Source: a virus. Taken from it: DNA of 64,000 bases. Made by a program: the position numbers and the translations under genes. The notes beneath the pieces were generated by a model. That model saw only the letters and a program-made list of their open reading frames with translations, did no database searches and was not told where the DNA came from. Every line of letters begins with the position of its first letter. Position 1 is the stretch's first letter. Shown here piece after piece: positions 1-10,131 of this stretch. The DNA is taken from the IMG/VR virus record IMGVR_UViG_3300045806_000063, positions 117,109 to 181,108 of that record. One strand, written 5' to 3'.

Positions 1-4
1 GGAA

Positions 5-289
5 GTGTTGGAAATGATCAAATTACAAACAGGTATAAAACGTCTTTTTAATAGTGATGGCGAAATCTGCGATGGATTAAATTCCGATAGCGATAAGTTT
101 AATAAGGTAGTCTACTGGACGCCTACTGCTATGAACGAGTTTAATAAAATCTATAATGAACTGGTAGGTATACAGCGTGAACTATACGATACTCATGGGA
201 TAAATTTATACAGAATAGGAGATAACACATGCCAATTGCCGAATACCGTACAATGGCTTATGGCGGGGCCAACCCTTGTAGTAAGCTAG
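5..289 (+). CDS. Hypothetical protein, possibly 5'-truncated by the window edge
   Basis: 94-aa ORF overlapping the protease start; no recognisable motif. Confidence 0.45.
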   Translation: MLEMIKLQTGIKRLFNSDGEICDGLNSDSDKFNKVVYWTPTAMNEFNKIYNELVGIQRELYDTHGINLYRIGDNTCQLPNTVQWLMAGPTLVVS

Positions 290-1017
290 AAACAGATAGT
301 AACGGGTATCGTAAATGTATCGTTGGCGCTTTTGATGTAATGTCAAGGAATGGACACCGATATCCTGGAACTGAAAGAGTTTTAGCTCTTTTTGATGAAA
401 AAAGTCATTTCATGATTGGAGTGAGAGAAGGTAACTGTAGAGGAGAGTCTGATCACCCTAATTTAGTTGGGTTATCAATTCCTCAAAAAATCCATAGGTT
501 GGAACAGATTGAAGACACTAGAGTCTGTGTGCATCATAAGCGTTTCATACTGGATCATGGGTTAGATGAACATAGAAACAAAGTAATATTAGTCTACAGT
601 TGGCTGAAAGGTTCTGGTGCATTAGGACATGTAACTGAACAACAGTTAGATAATCCTGACGAGAATATATCCTTTAGTGTACGTTCTTTTGTTATAGATA
701 CCCTGCAGAGTGGGATTAAGCATAAAGAAATAACTAACATTATAACCTATGACAAAGTTAATCAAGCTGGATTATCATTCACAACTAAATTCGACACAGC
801 AGCACTGCGAAATTCTAGTGTTGGTCTTGAGAACTTGAATGATGATGGTTTTGTATTTAGCGATGCTGATCTAGATCTTGCTATACGTGAATCTAGAAGT
901 GCTGGAGTGGGCAATGAATCAAATGTCGCTAGGTTAGTTCAAGTGAAAGATTCATTAGGTTGGACAAAAGTACAATCGATAAATCCAGCTTTCCTTAACT
1001 GGAGATCCACGATATAA
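229..1017 (+). CDS. Prohead (head maturation) protease, phiKZ gp175-like
   Basis: GAFDVMSRNGHRYP, GESDHP (catalytic His), FSVRS (catalytic Ser); C-terminal GLE and GNE match the S/A/G-X-E self-cleavage motif; 262 aa. Confidence 0.8.
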   Translation: MPIAEYRTMAYGGANPCSKLETDSNGYRKCIVGAFDVMSRNGHRYPGTERVLALFDEKSHFMIGVREGNCRGESDHPNLVGLSIPQKIHRLEQIEDTRVCVHHKRFILDHGLDEHRNKVILVYSWLKGSGALGHVTEQQLDNPDENISFSVRSFVIDTLQSGIKHKEITNIITYDKVNQAGLSFTTKFDTAALRNSSVGLENLNDDGFVFSDADLDLAIRESRSAGVGNESNVARLVQVKDSLGWTKVQSINPAFLNWRSTI

Positions 1018-1026
1018 GTCTTATTA

Positions 1027-1062
1027 CATTATCACTCCAGCATTAATGCTGGAGTGATAATG
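1027..1062. terminator. 36-bp perfect palindrome, probable terminator
   Basis: cattatcactccagcatt|aatgctggagtgataatg directly after the protease stop. Confidence 0.7.
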
Positions 1063-1169
1063 GTATATTCAAAATTTTTTCAAACATACATTATCTAGAT
1101 GAGATTACTAAATGGTTTTCTTAAGTAGCTATTCTTTTAATAGCAAATTAGATTGGAGATAAGATTATG
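1058..1169 (+). repeat. Leader family A copy 1 (promoter + 5'UTR hairpin + RBS)
   Basis: Near-identical to 15252-15349 and 32310-32421 (catctagatgagattactaaat...cttaagtagctattcttttaatagcaaattagattggag). Confidence 0.9.
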
Positions 1170-1448
1170 AGTACAGTACAACCTGCACGTGTATTAACTA
1201 TGACCCGCATGACAGTATTAAATATCGTATTTATCCACTTTTACCTCCGGACGGAAAATGGACCAGCGATGGTCGGACATGCCGCAGTGCGGCCAGGAGA
1301 GAACTATGGAGTAGTGGTACGTCTGTACCACTACCTAATGGGGATAACTGACGAGGCCATGGCCGGCCGCCTGGCCGCACCTTTCATAGATGACGACTCG
1401 GAGGGGTGGGAGGAAGTAACGATAGAACAATTAGCGGCTAATAGCTAG
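1167..1448 (+). CDS. Hypothetical early accessory protein
   Basis: 93-aa ORF with GGAG RBS behind leader A; GC-richer than flanking genes. Confidence 0.65.
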   Translation: MSTVQPARVLTMTRMTVLNIVFIHFYLRTENGPAMVGHAAVRPGENYGVVVRLYHYLMGITDEAMAGRLAAPFIDDDSEGWEEVTIEQLAANS

Positions 1449-1472
1449 CCACTAATTGCTCGATCGCAGACA

Positions 1473-1494
1473 GAGGAGATCCTAGGATCTCCTC
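1473..1494. terminator. 22-bp perfect palindrome
   Basis: gaggagatcct|aggatctcctc followed by a T-rich tract. Confidence 0.65.
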
Positions 1495-1512
1495 ATTCCT
1501 TCCTAATCTACT

Positions 1513-1569
1513 TATTTTTTTTCTTTTAAATTGAAAACATATATTATCTGAGTGATAGTCCGTAGTTAA
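1513..1569 (+). repeat. Leader family B copy (T-tract + promoter aaacatatattatctgagtgatagtccgtagttaa)
   Basis: Shared with 33228-33282 and 63958-64000. Confidence 0.85.
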
Positions 1570-1601
1570 ATTTATTTTAAATTAGTTAAGTGGTGAATAG
1601 A

Positions 1602-2123
1602 ATGAGCGAAACAGAGAAAAGGAAATTAGAGAGAAAAGAACTGTCAGTAATATTATTGGTATTTAAAGCACTGATGAAATATAGCAATGATACTGTATGG
1701 TCACAGTTTGTTGATATATCGGAAAGAACAATACAGGGCACCGCTCTACATGAGGAATGGTTATCTGTAACGACCTTAGTAGTACATATGCCAGAATTAT
1801 ATGCCAGATTAGCGGCGTGTGGGCGTGTAGAAGAAATGTCAAAACTAGACCAATTACTATATAACTCGGTTGTATACATGACTGATGGCGGGGTCGGGTA
1901 TAGATATGTTTTAACTAACCTCATTACTTCGTGTCATGACGTTCTTTCCGCAACACAACATGACGAATTGCATGTTGATGAAAATTATCATCAAGCAATA
2001 AAAATCTATGAAGAGTTATTGACTCTTTATAGTGTGATAGCGCGGGATACTGGAAATGATCGTAAGGATCCTCCACTGCCATTCGGTATCATTGAGGATA
2101 TAACCATAATGAGACGTGTATAA
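1602..2123 (+). CDS. Hypothetical protein
   Basis: ORF 1590-2123; ATG at 1602 is the more likely start. Confidence 0.6.
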   Translation: MSETEKRKLERKELSVILLVFKALMKYSNDTVWSQFVDISERTIQGTALHEEWLSVTTLVVHMPELYARLAACGRVEEMSKLDQLLYNSVVYMTDGGVGYRYVLTNLITSCHDVLSATQHDELHVDENYHQAIKIYEELLTLYSVIARDTGNDRKDPPLPFGIIEDITIMRRV

Positions 2124-2728
2124 TGTTAGAAAGTTTAATTAGTTTTAAATGTGATCTAGATGCTGGGAGGATGCCTGAATGTTCTCCTAAAGAAAAAGAA
2201 AAATTCCAAAACTTTTCTAAGGAATATTTAACCAAGAAAGGATTGCCGGTGAAGGTCGTCAATGATGACCTTTTTAAGCACGTGGACGGCTGTAGACAGG
2301 CCTACATAGCTTCAGAGTTAACACCACTAACACAGGGAAACTTATCCTTGTTAGGTGATAGTTTTAACCCTGAGGTAGGTATTACTAGAGTTCACTTAGA
2401 AAGATGTATAACCTCAAGAAATGTGATAACTGGATCACACCAACGAAGCGTCCCGATAGAGAACGACTGTGGGGAAATTGGGATTGTACTTGATTTAGGC
2501 GGTGGACGCTGTAGTCTTCATGCTGGTACCATTAATCAATCGTTTGAAACGAATGACAAAGGAGAAATTAAACGCAACTTCCAGGTTGAGTTTGATGAGT
2601 TATTAGAAATGGTCTCTCTGCTTGAAGAATCTTACACTTTACTAATGGAAAACTGTAAAGGTGAGTTAGGTGATGCAAAGGAAGGTGATCATGTAGCGGT
2701 TGTTTCTTCAGTAGTAGGGATCTTTTAA
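2123..2728 (+). CDS. Hypothetical protein
   Basis: 201-aa ORF, TAATG-coupled to the upstream gene. Confidence 0.65.
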   Translation: MLESLISFKCDLDAGRMPECSPKEKEKFQNFSKEYLTKKGLPVKVVNDDLFKHVDGCRQAYIASELTPLTQGNLSLLGDSFNPEVGITRVHLERCITSRNVITGSHQRSVPIENDCGEIGIVLDLGGGRCSLHAGTINQSFETNDKGEIKRNFQVEFDELLEMVSLLEESYTLLMENCKGELGDAKEGDHVAVVSSVVGIF

Positions 2729-2745
2729 ACTCATAGATAATTGAG

Positions 2746-2760
2746 AAATATATTATCAGT
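2746..2760 (+). promoter_or_regulatory. Early-type promoter motif (TATATTATC)
   Basis: aaatatattatcagt; resembles the phiKZ early TATATTAC consensus. Confidence 0.65.
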
Positions 2761-2839
2761 ATGTCGATAAAAAAATAATATCGATGTCAGTAATGTGTAG
2801 CAAACAGCTACTCAAATTTAACCAACAAGGATTTATCAA

Positions 2840-3271
2840 ATGACTGAAAATACTACAAATGCTACTGTAACTTCCATCACTTCAAGTCCTGCAAAAGCAA
2901 AGATCAAACATGCTGACGGTATAGTGACCGTCTCCGGTCTGAAACCTGAACAGTTCTTGCCTGAAGGCACTGATGCGGGGGTATTCGGTTTGGTTGATAC
3001 AGCTCGCGATAATTTGCTGGCGACCGTACTGAATGCAACTACCGATTATGCTGAAAAGCATAAACTGGTCAATTACAATACCAAACCGATCAGCCTCGGT
3101 GGCGCTACCTCGGCAACACTGTCAGCAGTTGACCATAAGGTCACTTCTGATATCAAGCAGATTCACAATGCTGAATTGCAAGCCGCATATGCTAAGTCTG
3201 ATGACTATGCGAAGAAACAACTGGAAGCCCTGAATGCTCCAGCAGTAGAAGAAGTAGCTGAAGCTGCATAA
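2840..3271 (+). CDS. Ala/Thr/Lys-rich hypothetical protein, probably abundant early product
   Basis: 143 aa, own promoter, AAGGA RBS, codon usage resembling chmA. Confidence 0.75.
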   Translation: MTENTTNATVTSITSSPAKAKIKHADGIVTVSGLKPEQFLPEGTDAGVFGLVDTARDNLLATVLNATTDYAEKHKLVNYNTKPISLGGATSATLSAVDHKVTSDIKQIHNAELQAAYAKSDDYAKKQLEALNAPAVEEVAEAA

Positions 3272-3290
3272 ACCCTTACCGGTTGTAAAT

Positions 3291-3328
3291 GGATACTCCC
3301 ACACTACCTAGGTAGTGTGGGAGTATCC
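3291..3328. terminator. 38-bp perfect palindrome, bidirectional terminator
   Basis: Between convergent genes (143-aa ORF and tail tube). Confidence 0.75.
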
Positions 3329-3352
3329 TAACTTACTTATCTTATTTTTTTG

Positions 3353-4261
3353 TTATTCTGCAGGACTTGAAGTGTATCTATTAGGCGCTATTGTATCTGG
3401 AGTAATAGAAGCCAATGTACCAGCGGATGATGCTGCAACATTAGCGTCCATAGTGTTAAGTATGCCTGCAAGTTCTTGTGGTCTAAGATCTTGCAGATTA
3501 AGACTTTGCAAGATTGCATATGCAAACATTAATGGAGCTTGACCTATTTGACTATAAGCTGTGAATGTTAAATCTACATCCACAGACTTCAATGATGCTG
3601 CAGTTTCTTTATATCCTTTAAGTTCGCCAATGCTGTCAGTGACTTGCCAGTTAGCAGATAACCATGCCTTTAATGGCCTTGTGAGGGTCATGTCAGGCTC
3701 AACAGCCAATACCACGAATGATTGGTCGGCTGGGGTAATTACTGGGCTACCTGCAGCAATGTAATTAGGATTTTGACAAATAGCTGGAGTTTGTAAATCG
3801 GGATCCATTAAATAGATACGAGAAAATTCAGTCCAGTATCGGGTGATAGATTGATTAATACGATCAGCGCCATATCCTAAAACTGGTTTAGAAGCCGCTC
3901 TAGAGGATCTAGTTATTGTTTCCAATACCTCATTAGCATTACCAATTGGAGTGGAGGCGCCATGTTCATTCGTCACTGTCATATCAAAACCATCCACTTT
4001 AATTGGATAAGTTTCAATCATGTTTTTCAGCCAATCGACTTCTTTCTGTGGATTAGTAGCATACTGAAATAATCTAGGTGCTGCTATTAGAAACAGTCTT
4101 AAAGGCTGTTGTATATAAATTCCTGATGATGTAAAGGTCATCGGGATAGGCATGAATCCGTTTTGACCATTGATGGACAAATCAGTCATAGGCGACCTGT
4201 ATTCGCCAGATAGTAACGGCGTTAATATATTGCTTTGTATAGCAGTAAGTGGTGTTGCCAT
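3353..4261 (-). CDS. Tail tube protein, phiKZ gp30-like
   Basis: 302 aa, immediately downstream of the sheath gene on the same strand; size and synteny. Confidence 0.75.
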   Translation of the reverse strand: MATPLTAIQSNILTPLLSGEYRSPMTDLSINGQNGFMPIPMTFTSSGIYIQQPLRLFLIAAPRLFQYATNPQKEVDWLKNMIETYPIKVDGFDMTVTNEHGASTPIGNANEVLETITRSSRAASKPVLGYGADRINQSITRYWTEFSRIYLMDPDLQTPAICQNPNYIAAGSPVITPADQSFVVLAVEPDMTLTRPLKAWLSANWQVTDSIGELKGYKETAASLKSVDVDLTFTAYSQIGQAPLMFAYAILQSLNLQDLRPQELAGILNTMDANVAASSAGTLASITPDTIAPNRYTSSPAE

Positions 4262-4274
4262 TTTACATTCCTCC

Positions 4275-6464
4275 TTAGAATGGTGATGTTGAAGTTACAG
4301 TGCCACCAGATAAATTACCTGTACGTGTAGCAACCACTGTAAACAAAGCTACGTCTTTCGTGACTCCGGCAGCTACAGTTAATACATTATGCCAACTAAA
4401 ACCATTTTGAGTATCTACTTCTGTGAAGAATGTAGATGACGTTATAACCGCCTTACTGTTATATATACCGTTGATAGCATTGTAAATCAATTCATCAGAT
4501 TTATCAATGAATATCTGCTGTGTAGTTAAGTCATCACGACCTACGAGTTGTCTCCATACTTTAGCTTGTTGCAGTGCTAAGTTGGCACAGATATGTCGTA
4601 TTACATCAGATGTCAAAATCGACGTATCATTAGGGTAGATAGAGTGAATGAATGGGTAGAAATACTGATTCCCCATACCAGACGGTATACAGTAAATTGC
4701 ACCATTGTTCCATGCCTCGTTTGCAGATAATGGTGTAAAGTTAGGACTACTTAATGATTTGAAATACTGCACACCGTTATTATCAGGCATGGTATAATCA
4801 AAGGTTCCGCCAACGGACATCACGCCATTACCAGCCCCCATATAAGCTGCTCGTTTCAACAGCATTTCTATGTTTGCAGTCATAGGAGTTTGATAACCAT
4901 CCACCAATAATCCAGCTTGCATAACCAGAGTGGCTCGATAAGCCGGAGTGCCAAAAGTAGGAGATTCAGCAAAGTTAAGAATAGACTGTTGCAGAATTGC
5001 CGCAGCTGATATTTCTTGAGCCTGGGTCAATAAAGGCCCACCGTCTACGTATGTGGCAAGATGGACCGAGGTGTTTTGACGAAGTGCCATCCACTGTGGA
5101 AGAATTTCTTTAGTAGCAGACCCGAAACCAGTATCGTAAATTTCACTAAATGGATATTTCAGTATATTCGTTGCAGGGCAGGTATCAGTATTGTAACTGT
5201 ATTGTGTCCAGTTTTGAATTTCAAGTTCATAGTCTGATGTTAACAAACTACCATCAGTACCGCCCATCATGTAATAGCTATTCCCAGATGAGAGAATACT
5301 CTCTGTTGCATCTATCTGGAATCCATAAGCGGTGCCACCATTAGCATCTGTAGCTGTTAAAAAGTCAAGCATCCAGATACTTGCTGGAGGAGTAGGGTTA
5401 TTTGCCACCTCAGCTGCAAACAGCACGTTTAAGAATTCTTCAAGATTACTTTCAAATACAGTAACTGCACCGATAGGGCTAGTTATTGGCGACGTACCTG
5501 TGTTAAAGCCATCATCAGACCAGTTTGTTACCAGACCTTGTATGGTTAAATTGAGGTTTGTAATTGGGTCATATGCGTTTGGTTTAAACATAAACTGCAA
5601 ACTAGCACTACCTTTCAAATCTGGAATGATTAGAGGAGTGGAAGTATTTATGTTTCTGATAATTTGAGCATTAAATAATAACGCTTGCTGACTTGCCACG
5701 GTACCGGTATTGCCCGGAAGTGGGTTATTAGGTGTAGCAGCCCACATATTGAAACCGAACATATTACCACCGACACCGGTAAAGGAATCCTCTACCATAA
5801 ATAATGGGTATGTTATTTGACCTACCGAGTTAGCCCAGGTAATCGGTTGAGTACCACCTGCCCCACCAGTCCAGGTAATTGGCAATCCGTTGGTTCCAGT
5901 CCATGTATCAGTGCTGCTGCTGGTTAAAGTACCATTGAGTTCAGTTAACGACATACTACCTTGTGGTACTACAGTGTAACTAACCTTAACACCGCCAGGT
6001 ACGGGAACTGGAACACCATCTACCATTAATAACTCTGGTTGGTTAGTAGATGCGTTGTAAACTACCTTACCGTTCACATCTCTTTGATATTCGTAAATAT
6101 CCGCACCGTGTTCGATTGTAGCAAGGACTACTGCTGATGCTTTTGTCACTGGTGAGCCTCCCACACCAGGAGTCCGAATGATTTTAACCATACAGGGATT
6201 GCCTTTTTGCAATGTATCAACCAGGGCTTTGGTTTGGTGATTCCAATAAGGTCCTCTTTGATCGAACGCTGCTGAGCCAATTTGCTGCAAGGCATCTAAA
6301 TAGCTCATAATAGCAAGAATGTCCTGATCATTCCCGTATGGGGAACGTATCATAAACAATGGAAAATGCTGAGGCTGTAACAAAGATATCTGAGTAGGGG
6401 CTGTCGTACTTTGATCATTAACCCCTGTAAAGGTAAAGCCTGGCAGGTTTGTATTTGTTGCCAT
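4275..6464 (-). CDS. Contractile tail sheath protein, phiKZ gp29-like
   Basis: 729 aa; N-terminal GVNDQS..PQHFPLF and sheath-like C-terminus; synteny with tube and gp26-28 block. Confidence 0.8.
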   Translation of the reverse strand: MATNTNLPGFTFTGVNDQSTTAPTQISLLQPQHFPLFMIRSPYGNDQDILAIMSYLDALQQIGSAAFDQRGPYWNHQTKALVDTLQKGNPCMVKIIRTPGVGGSPVTKASAVVLATIEHGADIYEYQRDVNGKVVYNASTNQPELLMVDGVPVPVPGGVKVSYTVVPQGSMSLTELNGTLTSSSTDTWTGTNGLPITWTGGAGGTQPITWANSVGQITYPLFMVEDSFTGVGGNMFGFNMWAATPNNPLPGNTGTVASQQALLFNAQIIRNINTSTPLIIPDLKGSASLQFMFKPNAYDPITNLNLTIQGLVTNWSDDGFNTGTSPITSPIGAVTVFESNLEEFLNVLFAAEVANNPTPPASIWMLDFLTATDANGGTAYGFQIDATESILSSGNSYYMMGGTDGSLLTSDYELEIQNWTQYSYNTDTCPATNILKYPFSEIYDTGFGSATKEILPQWMALRQNTSVHLATYVDGGPLLTQAQEISAAAILQQSILNFAESPTFGTPAYRATLVMQAGLLVDGYQTPMTANIEMLLKRAAYMGAGNGVMSVGGTFDYTMPDNNGVQYFKSLSSPNFTPLSANEAWNNGAIYCIPSGMGNQYFYPFIHSIYPNDTSILTSDVIRHICANLALQQAKVWRQLVGRDDLTTQQIFIDKSDELIYNAINGIYNSKAVITSSTFFTEVDTQNGFSWHNVLTVAAGVTKDVALFTVVATRTGNLSGGTVTSTSPF

Positions 6465-6632
6465 AATACTTCCTTAATTAAAGTTTAAAAAAATTCACTT
6501 ACCCTATAGGGGTGCACTCACACACTATAGGTTGGTATCTATATATAACGTAGTCATAAAATAAAAAACATAAACTGACAGAGTTGCCGGAGATCTTATG
6601 TTTAAATTCATCACCTATATAAGGAGTAATGC

Positions 6633-7598
6633 ATGTCATTAGATCAGGGCGTAATTGAGGAAGGACTTTATAGTACTAACTACTTGGCATCAGAACAAGT
6701 AAAGGCCAAAACAATAATCAAACTTATAGGAAGAGATTATCTTCTTTTTAAAGATGATACATTAGTGTTCAAAACTATTAAACCGTCATATGGTGGAAGA
6801 GAAGGTAGAAGGGTTGTGGCGTTATTAGGAGATTTGCCAAACATACCTACATTTAATCATCCGATTTATCACAATGGAGTCTCATATATAGATGCTAGAG
6901 CATTTATCAATAGACAAAGTGGTGAAATACGAAATCAAGGTGAGTATGATAATTTAATCAGAAGAGCTATTTTGGACATGCTCTGGATTGAAGAACGAGA
7001 TATATTCTTTAGCGGACAAATCTTAAATCTGACAGCTAAAGTATTTAGTGAATGGGTAGGGGCAGGTGTAGAGAGAGGAGCTAATCTTGATATGCGAACC
7101 GCTGGAAATGTCAAGGTATTGCTTATGGCGTATATCTTATTCCAGGCAGTGACTAAGAATGGAATGGGTGCAGAAGAACGCAGTGCATTCATAATCAAAA
7201 AAGCAAGGGATATACTAGGTTTGCAAATGGAGTATGTGTTAACCTTAACTGAGACTTATCCAACTGCTTTCAGTGACATATATGAAAATCCAGGAAGAAT
7301 ATTCTTTTTAGTTAAATCATTGGCGGTGGTAACTAATGATGAGAGATTGAGCTTTGAAAGAACCCTTTATGATATCATTGGTAATGGGGCTACGATGCAA
7401 AGTAACTCTCGTGAACTGGCATGTATCTCTATTGAAAATATACCGACCTTTGTAGCGCTGATGCACTTTGTTAATTTCCCTAGTATGAAGACTACTAAAA
7501 TTGGAAGTCCTCTTTTCCATAGTCGTACAAAATATGGTGATGTTTTAGAGAGATTCATTTCTCTAAATACTAGCTATGAGACAATAGATGCAAGATGA
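6633..7598 (+). CDS. Virion structural protein, phiKZ gp28-like
   Basis: 321 aa, divergent from sheath, first of three coupled genes; synteny. Confidence 0.6.
   Translation: MSLDQGVIEEGLYSTNYLASEQVKAKTIIKLIGRDYLLFKDDTLVFKTIKPSYGGREGRRVVALLGDLPNIPTFNHPIYHNGVSYIDARAFINRQSGEIRNQGEYDNLIRRAILDMLWIEERDIFFSGQILNLTAKVFSEWVGAGVERGANLDMRTAGNVKVLLMAYILFQAVTKNGMGAEERSAFIIKKARDILGLQMEYVLTLTETYPTAFSDIYENPGRIFFLVKSLAVVTNDERLSFERTLYDIIGNGATMQSNSRELACISIENIPTFVALMHFVNFPSMKTTKIGSPLFHSRTKYGDVLERFISLNTSYETIDAR
6655..6705 (+). repeat. 51-nt exact copy shared with 12770-12820
   Basis: ttgaggaaggactttatagtactaactacttggcatcagaacaagtaaagg; encodes EEGLYSTNYLASEQVK in both ORFs. Confidence 0.95.
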
Positions 7599-10120
7599 AT
7601 ATAATCGAAACATTAATTTCTCATCTAAACAGAAAGGTATGGTATAACTCACTGTTGGATAGGACTGGCATTTACCGGTCTCTAATGTTATCCACTAACA
7701 GAGGTGGTGTAGATTCTATTAGTACACCATTGGTGAGTTACGATCTACCTGATAGTACAAACCGTTATATCTTAGTAACTCTCGATGTGGTTCCTGTTCA
7801 AGCTTTAAACCTTGATACTATAGGAACTGGATGGGTGCCTGTATCAACTTTAATTAGTAAAAATATCTGGTTTACTGCAGTCAGAAATGGTAGACGATTT
7901 ACACTAGCTGGTGCATTTATAAAGATCACCGAACACAGTGAAGTGTTAATAGCTTTTAGTTATGCTAATAACTTGCAGGTTACTACTTTAACCACGCCTA
8001 TTTTTGTTAAGTTTTATAGCAATGCATACTTTGGCACTAACACTGGGAGAGGAAATACCTTATCCCTTTTTAGTTATACCTTTTCAGGTAGCAGTACACT
8101 CCTGAATTATAATACATTCTGCAGTACCAACATATCACCAGCTAACGCATTAGTGTTTAAAAATGGACTGTTTCTTCCAGTAGGGTTACCTGCGTATAGT
8201 TCGTTAATTCTAGGCGATATAGTGGAGTTCATTAATGACCCATCGATTACAGATGTTCATTTAATACCACTGACTTCAATGCCAGTATATACGTCCGCAG
8301 CTGACTCAGTTAATAAAATGATAGCTTCATTAGATCTGGTAAATGATACGGCGTTTATACAGGATATTGACTTCTATGTGATAGGGACTACGGCAGGAGG
8401 AACTGTAGAAGGTTTAAGCTTTTTAAGATTAGACAATTCAGTCATTAGACAGTTAACCTATAAGGACTTTGGATTAAACTCACAACTGATCCAAAATGCA
8501 GTTACTGACTTGATATCCTTTACCGATGTTGTAGCAGCAACTGGGATTAACATTTTAATTGTAAGAAGAACTATTGGGATACCCAGAGTAGATATCAATG
8601 ACTCCAACTATCTCTCAGATCTAATGCAATTACCGGTAGTTATTAGGCAGAATGTAATGACTGGTGTAAATGCTAACTTACCAATATGGCAAGCTAGCAA
8701 TATTGAATCATGTCCTTTTAATTCATTTATACAACATCTTAACTTACCTTATATCACAAGTAATTACTTCGGAGTTTACACACAACGCGAAGCTTATAAC
8801 TATCTTGAAAACTTAACGAAACGAGATACAGGTAATTACTTTCTTCCACCCATCTGTTTAGGAACTGGTCAACTAGTTGAATTTGATTCATCTGGGAAAA
8901 ACCCTACTTTAAATTTAGTTTCAACTATAACAGAAGGTTTAGGATGGGATAGTGATAAACATATATTCCTTCCCTTCACTGACTCGGTGAGTGGACTAGA
9001 TATATTAATAGCCGCTAACGATGCCACTGATACTGTAGTCTCTGGTAACTTTGATATCCTCTGCTTATACAATGATGGAACATTGAAAATAGCTACACTT
9101 GGTATTGATTATACTTTAACTGATAATAACACTACTGACCTAACCACCATTACATGGTCAACAGTTGCAAAGACCTACCCTAGAGTGATACGCTCTGCTG
9201 CTAATGGAATAGCTTTCACTGTAACAGTTGATGAGAGTCAGTTAATAGCAGGAATCGATGTTTACAATGGATTTGTACCTGCGAATGATTTAGGCATGGG
9301 CAGTTTGTTAGTCTGGGCTAATGGTGATTATTTAATCTACGGATTAGATTATGTCATGTTTGAATCTAAACTGTTTATCTCGTCTCAGAGAAACAGTTGG
9401 GCTTTACCTATGTCTTTAACTGTACTGTATGTTGGGCTCCCTAATACTCAACTTAGTTATCAGGATAATACTACATTCGGGTTTGTAAAATACGAAAGTA
9501 TTCTCGAAGATAGTGTCTATGATTTAATTGGTTTTAGAGATAAGTTACTAGTCGTAGATGGAGCAGTTTATGATTTAAACCAAATCAATGCCAAGGAACA
9601 GTATCAGGATAACGTAGACGTTAATACAAGCCCTTGGGTAAATGGTACCTCATTCGCTGTCATTGACCGTCCTCATGTTGCTAGAGTGGATTTAATTCTT
9701 CAGCTAACTAACACAGCTGTATATGAGTCTGAGATAGATGTTTCAGTATCCAATTTGCTAACAGTAGTTGATCCACAACCTATACCTTCAACTGCAAATG
9801 TGATCCCACAGATGTACGTGGTAGTTAGTTTGCTTATGCAGAAATTAATAACTGACATAACGTCAGGTGTTCTCTTAGGGTTAGTGCTGGAGTCTTATAC
9901 TGAAGAGACGTTATACCCTATTGTTGAACCTTATATATGGATGCTTCATGTTGATCTAACTCACGCAAACCTTGATACAAACTACGTGGTTTTTGCTCCA
10001 TGTTGGAATGCTGGTCCTCAAACTGTTAGCTCTGTAGCATTTAGTTTTCTTAACGCCGTTAATACCATAATCTTAGGTGGTAAGGTGCAACGGCTCGGCT
10101 CTTACTTGTCAATTGGCTAA
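7595..10120 (+). CDS. Virion structural (probable baseplate/tail) protein, phiKZ gp27-like
   Basis: 841 aa, beta-rich composition, synteny. Confidence 0.6.
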   Translation: MNIIETLISHLNRKVWYNSLLDRTGIYRSLMLSTNRGGVDSISTPLVSYDLPDSTNRYILVTLDVVPVQALNLDTIGTGWVPVSTLISKNIWFTAVRNGRRFTLAGAFIKITEHSEVLIAFSYANNLQVTTLTTPIFVKFYSNAYFGTNTGRGNTLSLFSYTFSGSSTLLNYNTFCSTNISPANALVFKNGLFLPVGLPAYSSLILGDIVEFINDPSITDVHLIPLTSMPVYTSAADSVNKMIASLDLVNDTAFIQDIDFYVIGTTAGGTVEGLSFLRLDNSVIRQLTYKDFGLNSQLIQNAVTDLISFTDVVAATGINILIVRRTIGIPRVDINDSNYLSDLMQLPVVIRQNVMTGVNANLPIWQASNIESCPFNSFIQHLNLPYITSNYFGVYTQREAYNYLENLTKRDTGNYFLPPICLGTGQLVEFDSSGKNPTLNLVSTITEGLGWDSDKHIFLPFTDSVSGLDILIAANDATDTVVSGNFDILCLYNDGTLKIATLGIDYTLTDNNTTDLTTITWSTVAKTYPRVIRSAANGIAFTVTVDESQLIAGIDVYNGFVPANDLGMGSLLVWANGDYLIYGLDYVMFESKLFISSQRNSWALPMSLTVLYVGLPNTQLSYQDNTTFGFVKYESILEDSVYDLIGFRDKLLVVDGAVYDLNQINAKEQYQDNVDVNTSPWVNGTSFAVIDRPHVARVDLILQLTNTAVYESEIDVSVSNLLTVVDPQPIPSTANVIPQMYVVVSLLMQKLITDITSGVLLGLVLESYTEETLYPIVEPYIWMLHVDLTHANLDTNYVVFAPCWNAGPQTVSSVAFSFLNAVNTIILGGKVQRLGSYLSIG

Positions 10121-10131
10121 AGGTATTTATT

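Noticed and set aside
6480-6632. Divergent late promoters (TATG motif) between sheath and gp28-like genes
   Set aside because: TATG occurs on both strands as expected, but a 4-mer in AT-rich DNA is not sufficient evidence
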